The notes under the pieces: model-generated
Database searches by the model: none
What the model was told of the DNA's origin: nothing
The model's input: the letters and a program-made list of their open reading frames with translations, nothing else
Program-made: the position numbers and the translations under genes
DNA from: Octopus bimaculoides
Lineage: Eukaryota
Length of the DNA stretch: 33,847 nucleotides
Assembly (NCBI RefSeq): GCF_001194135.2
Contig: NC_068981.1
Location: 24,194,583 to 24,228,429, forward strand
Direction: 5' to 3'
Shown here: positions 33,656 through 33,847 of the stretch, piece after piece
How the letters are laid out: every line of letters begins with the position of its first letter
How positions within the stretch are numbered: position 1 is the first letter of the stretch

Positions 33656-33798
33656 TGTGTGTATGTGTGTGCACGCATGCCTGCGTGTGTGTTTGTATGT
33701 GTGTATGCATGTGAGTGTGTGGGTGGATGTGGGCGTGTGGGTGTGGGTGTGTGGGTGTATGGGTGTGTGTGTGTGGGTGTGGGTGTGTGGGTGTATGG

Positions 33799-33847
<49 letters not shown>
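33656..33847. repeat. (TG)n / (GTGTGG)n microsatellite
   Basis: Direct reading. Confidence 0.9.

Noticed and set aside
649-33710. ORF-track ORFs as host protein-coding genes
   Set aside because: They derive from SINEs, microsatellites (HTHT, YIYI, CVCV, poly-I/L/S/R) or N-runs. Only transposase and LINE remnants are recognisable, and no exon structure could be supported.

Overview
Eukaryotic, AT-rich, repeat-dense, non-coding DNA from a gapped short-read assembly (8 N-gaps). The SINE and microsatellite complement points to an octopus genome; this is an inference. No credible host protein-coding gene is present: ORF-track hits are microsatellites, SINEs, N-runs or transposon remnants. The organising feature is a dispersed cluster of eight tRNA-Arg(UCG) copies (six intact or near-intact, two decayed), plus decayed tRNA-iMet and tRNA-Glu(UUC) copies. 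The cluster grew by three visible routes: a ~1.1-kb tandem duplication, a ~3-kb inverted duplication spanning 13 kb, and a ~217-bp tRNA-containing direct repeat that exactly brackets a SINE like a giant target-site duplication. Duplicated tRNAs show substitutions concentrated in their immediate flanks. Also present: four tRNA-derived SINE families, a Tc1/mariner derivative, a hAT derivative with an 8-bp TSD, R4/Dong-type LINE fragments in (TAA)n, a candidate minimal hammerhead ribozyme, three head-to-head SINE pairs and several hairpins or palindromes.
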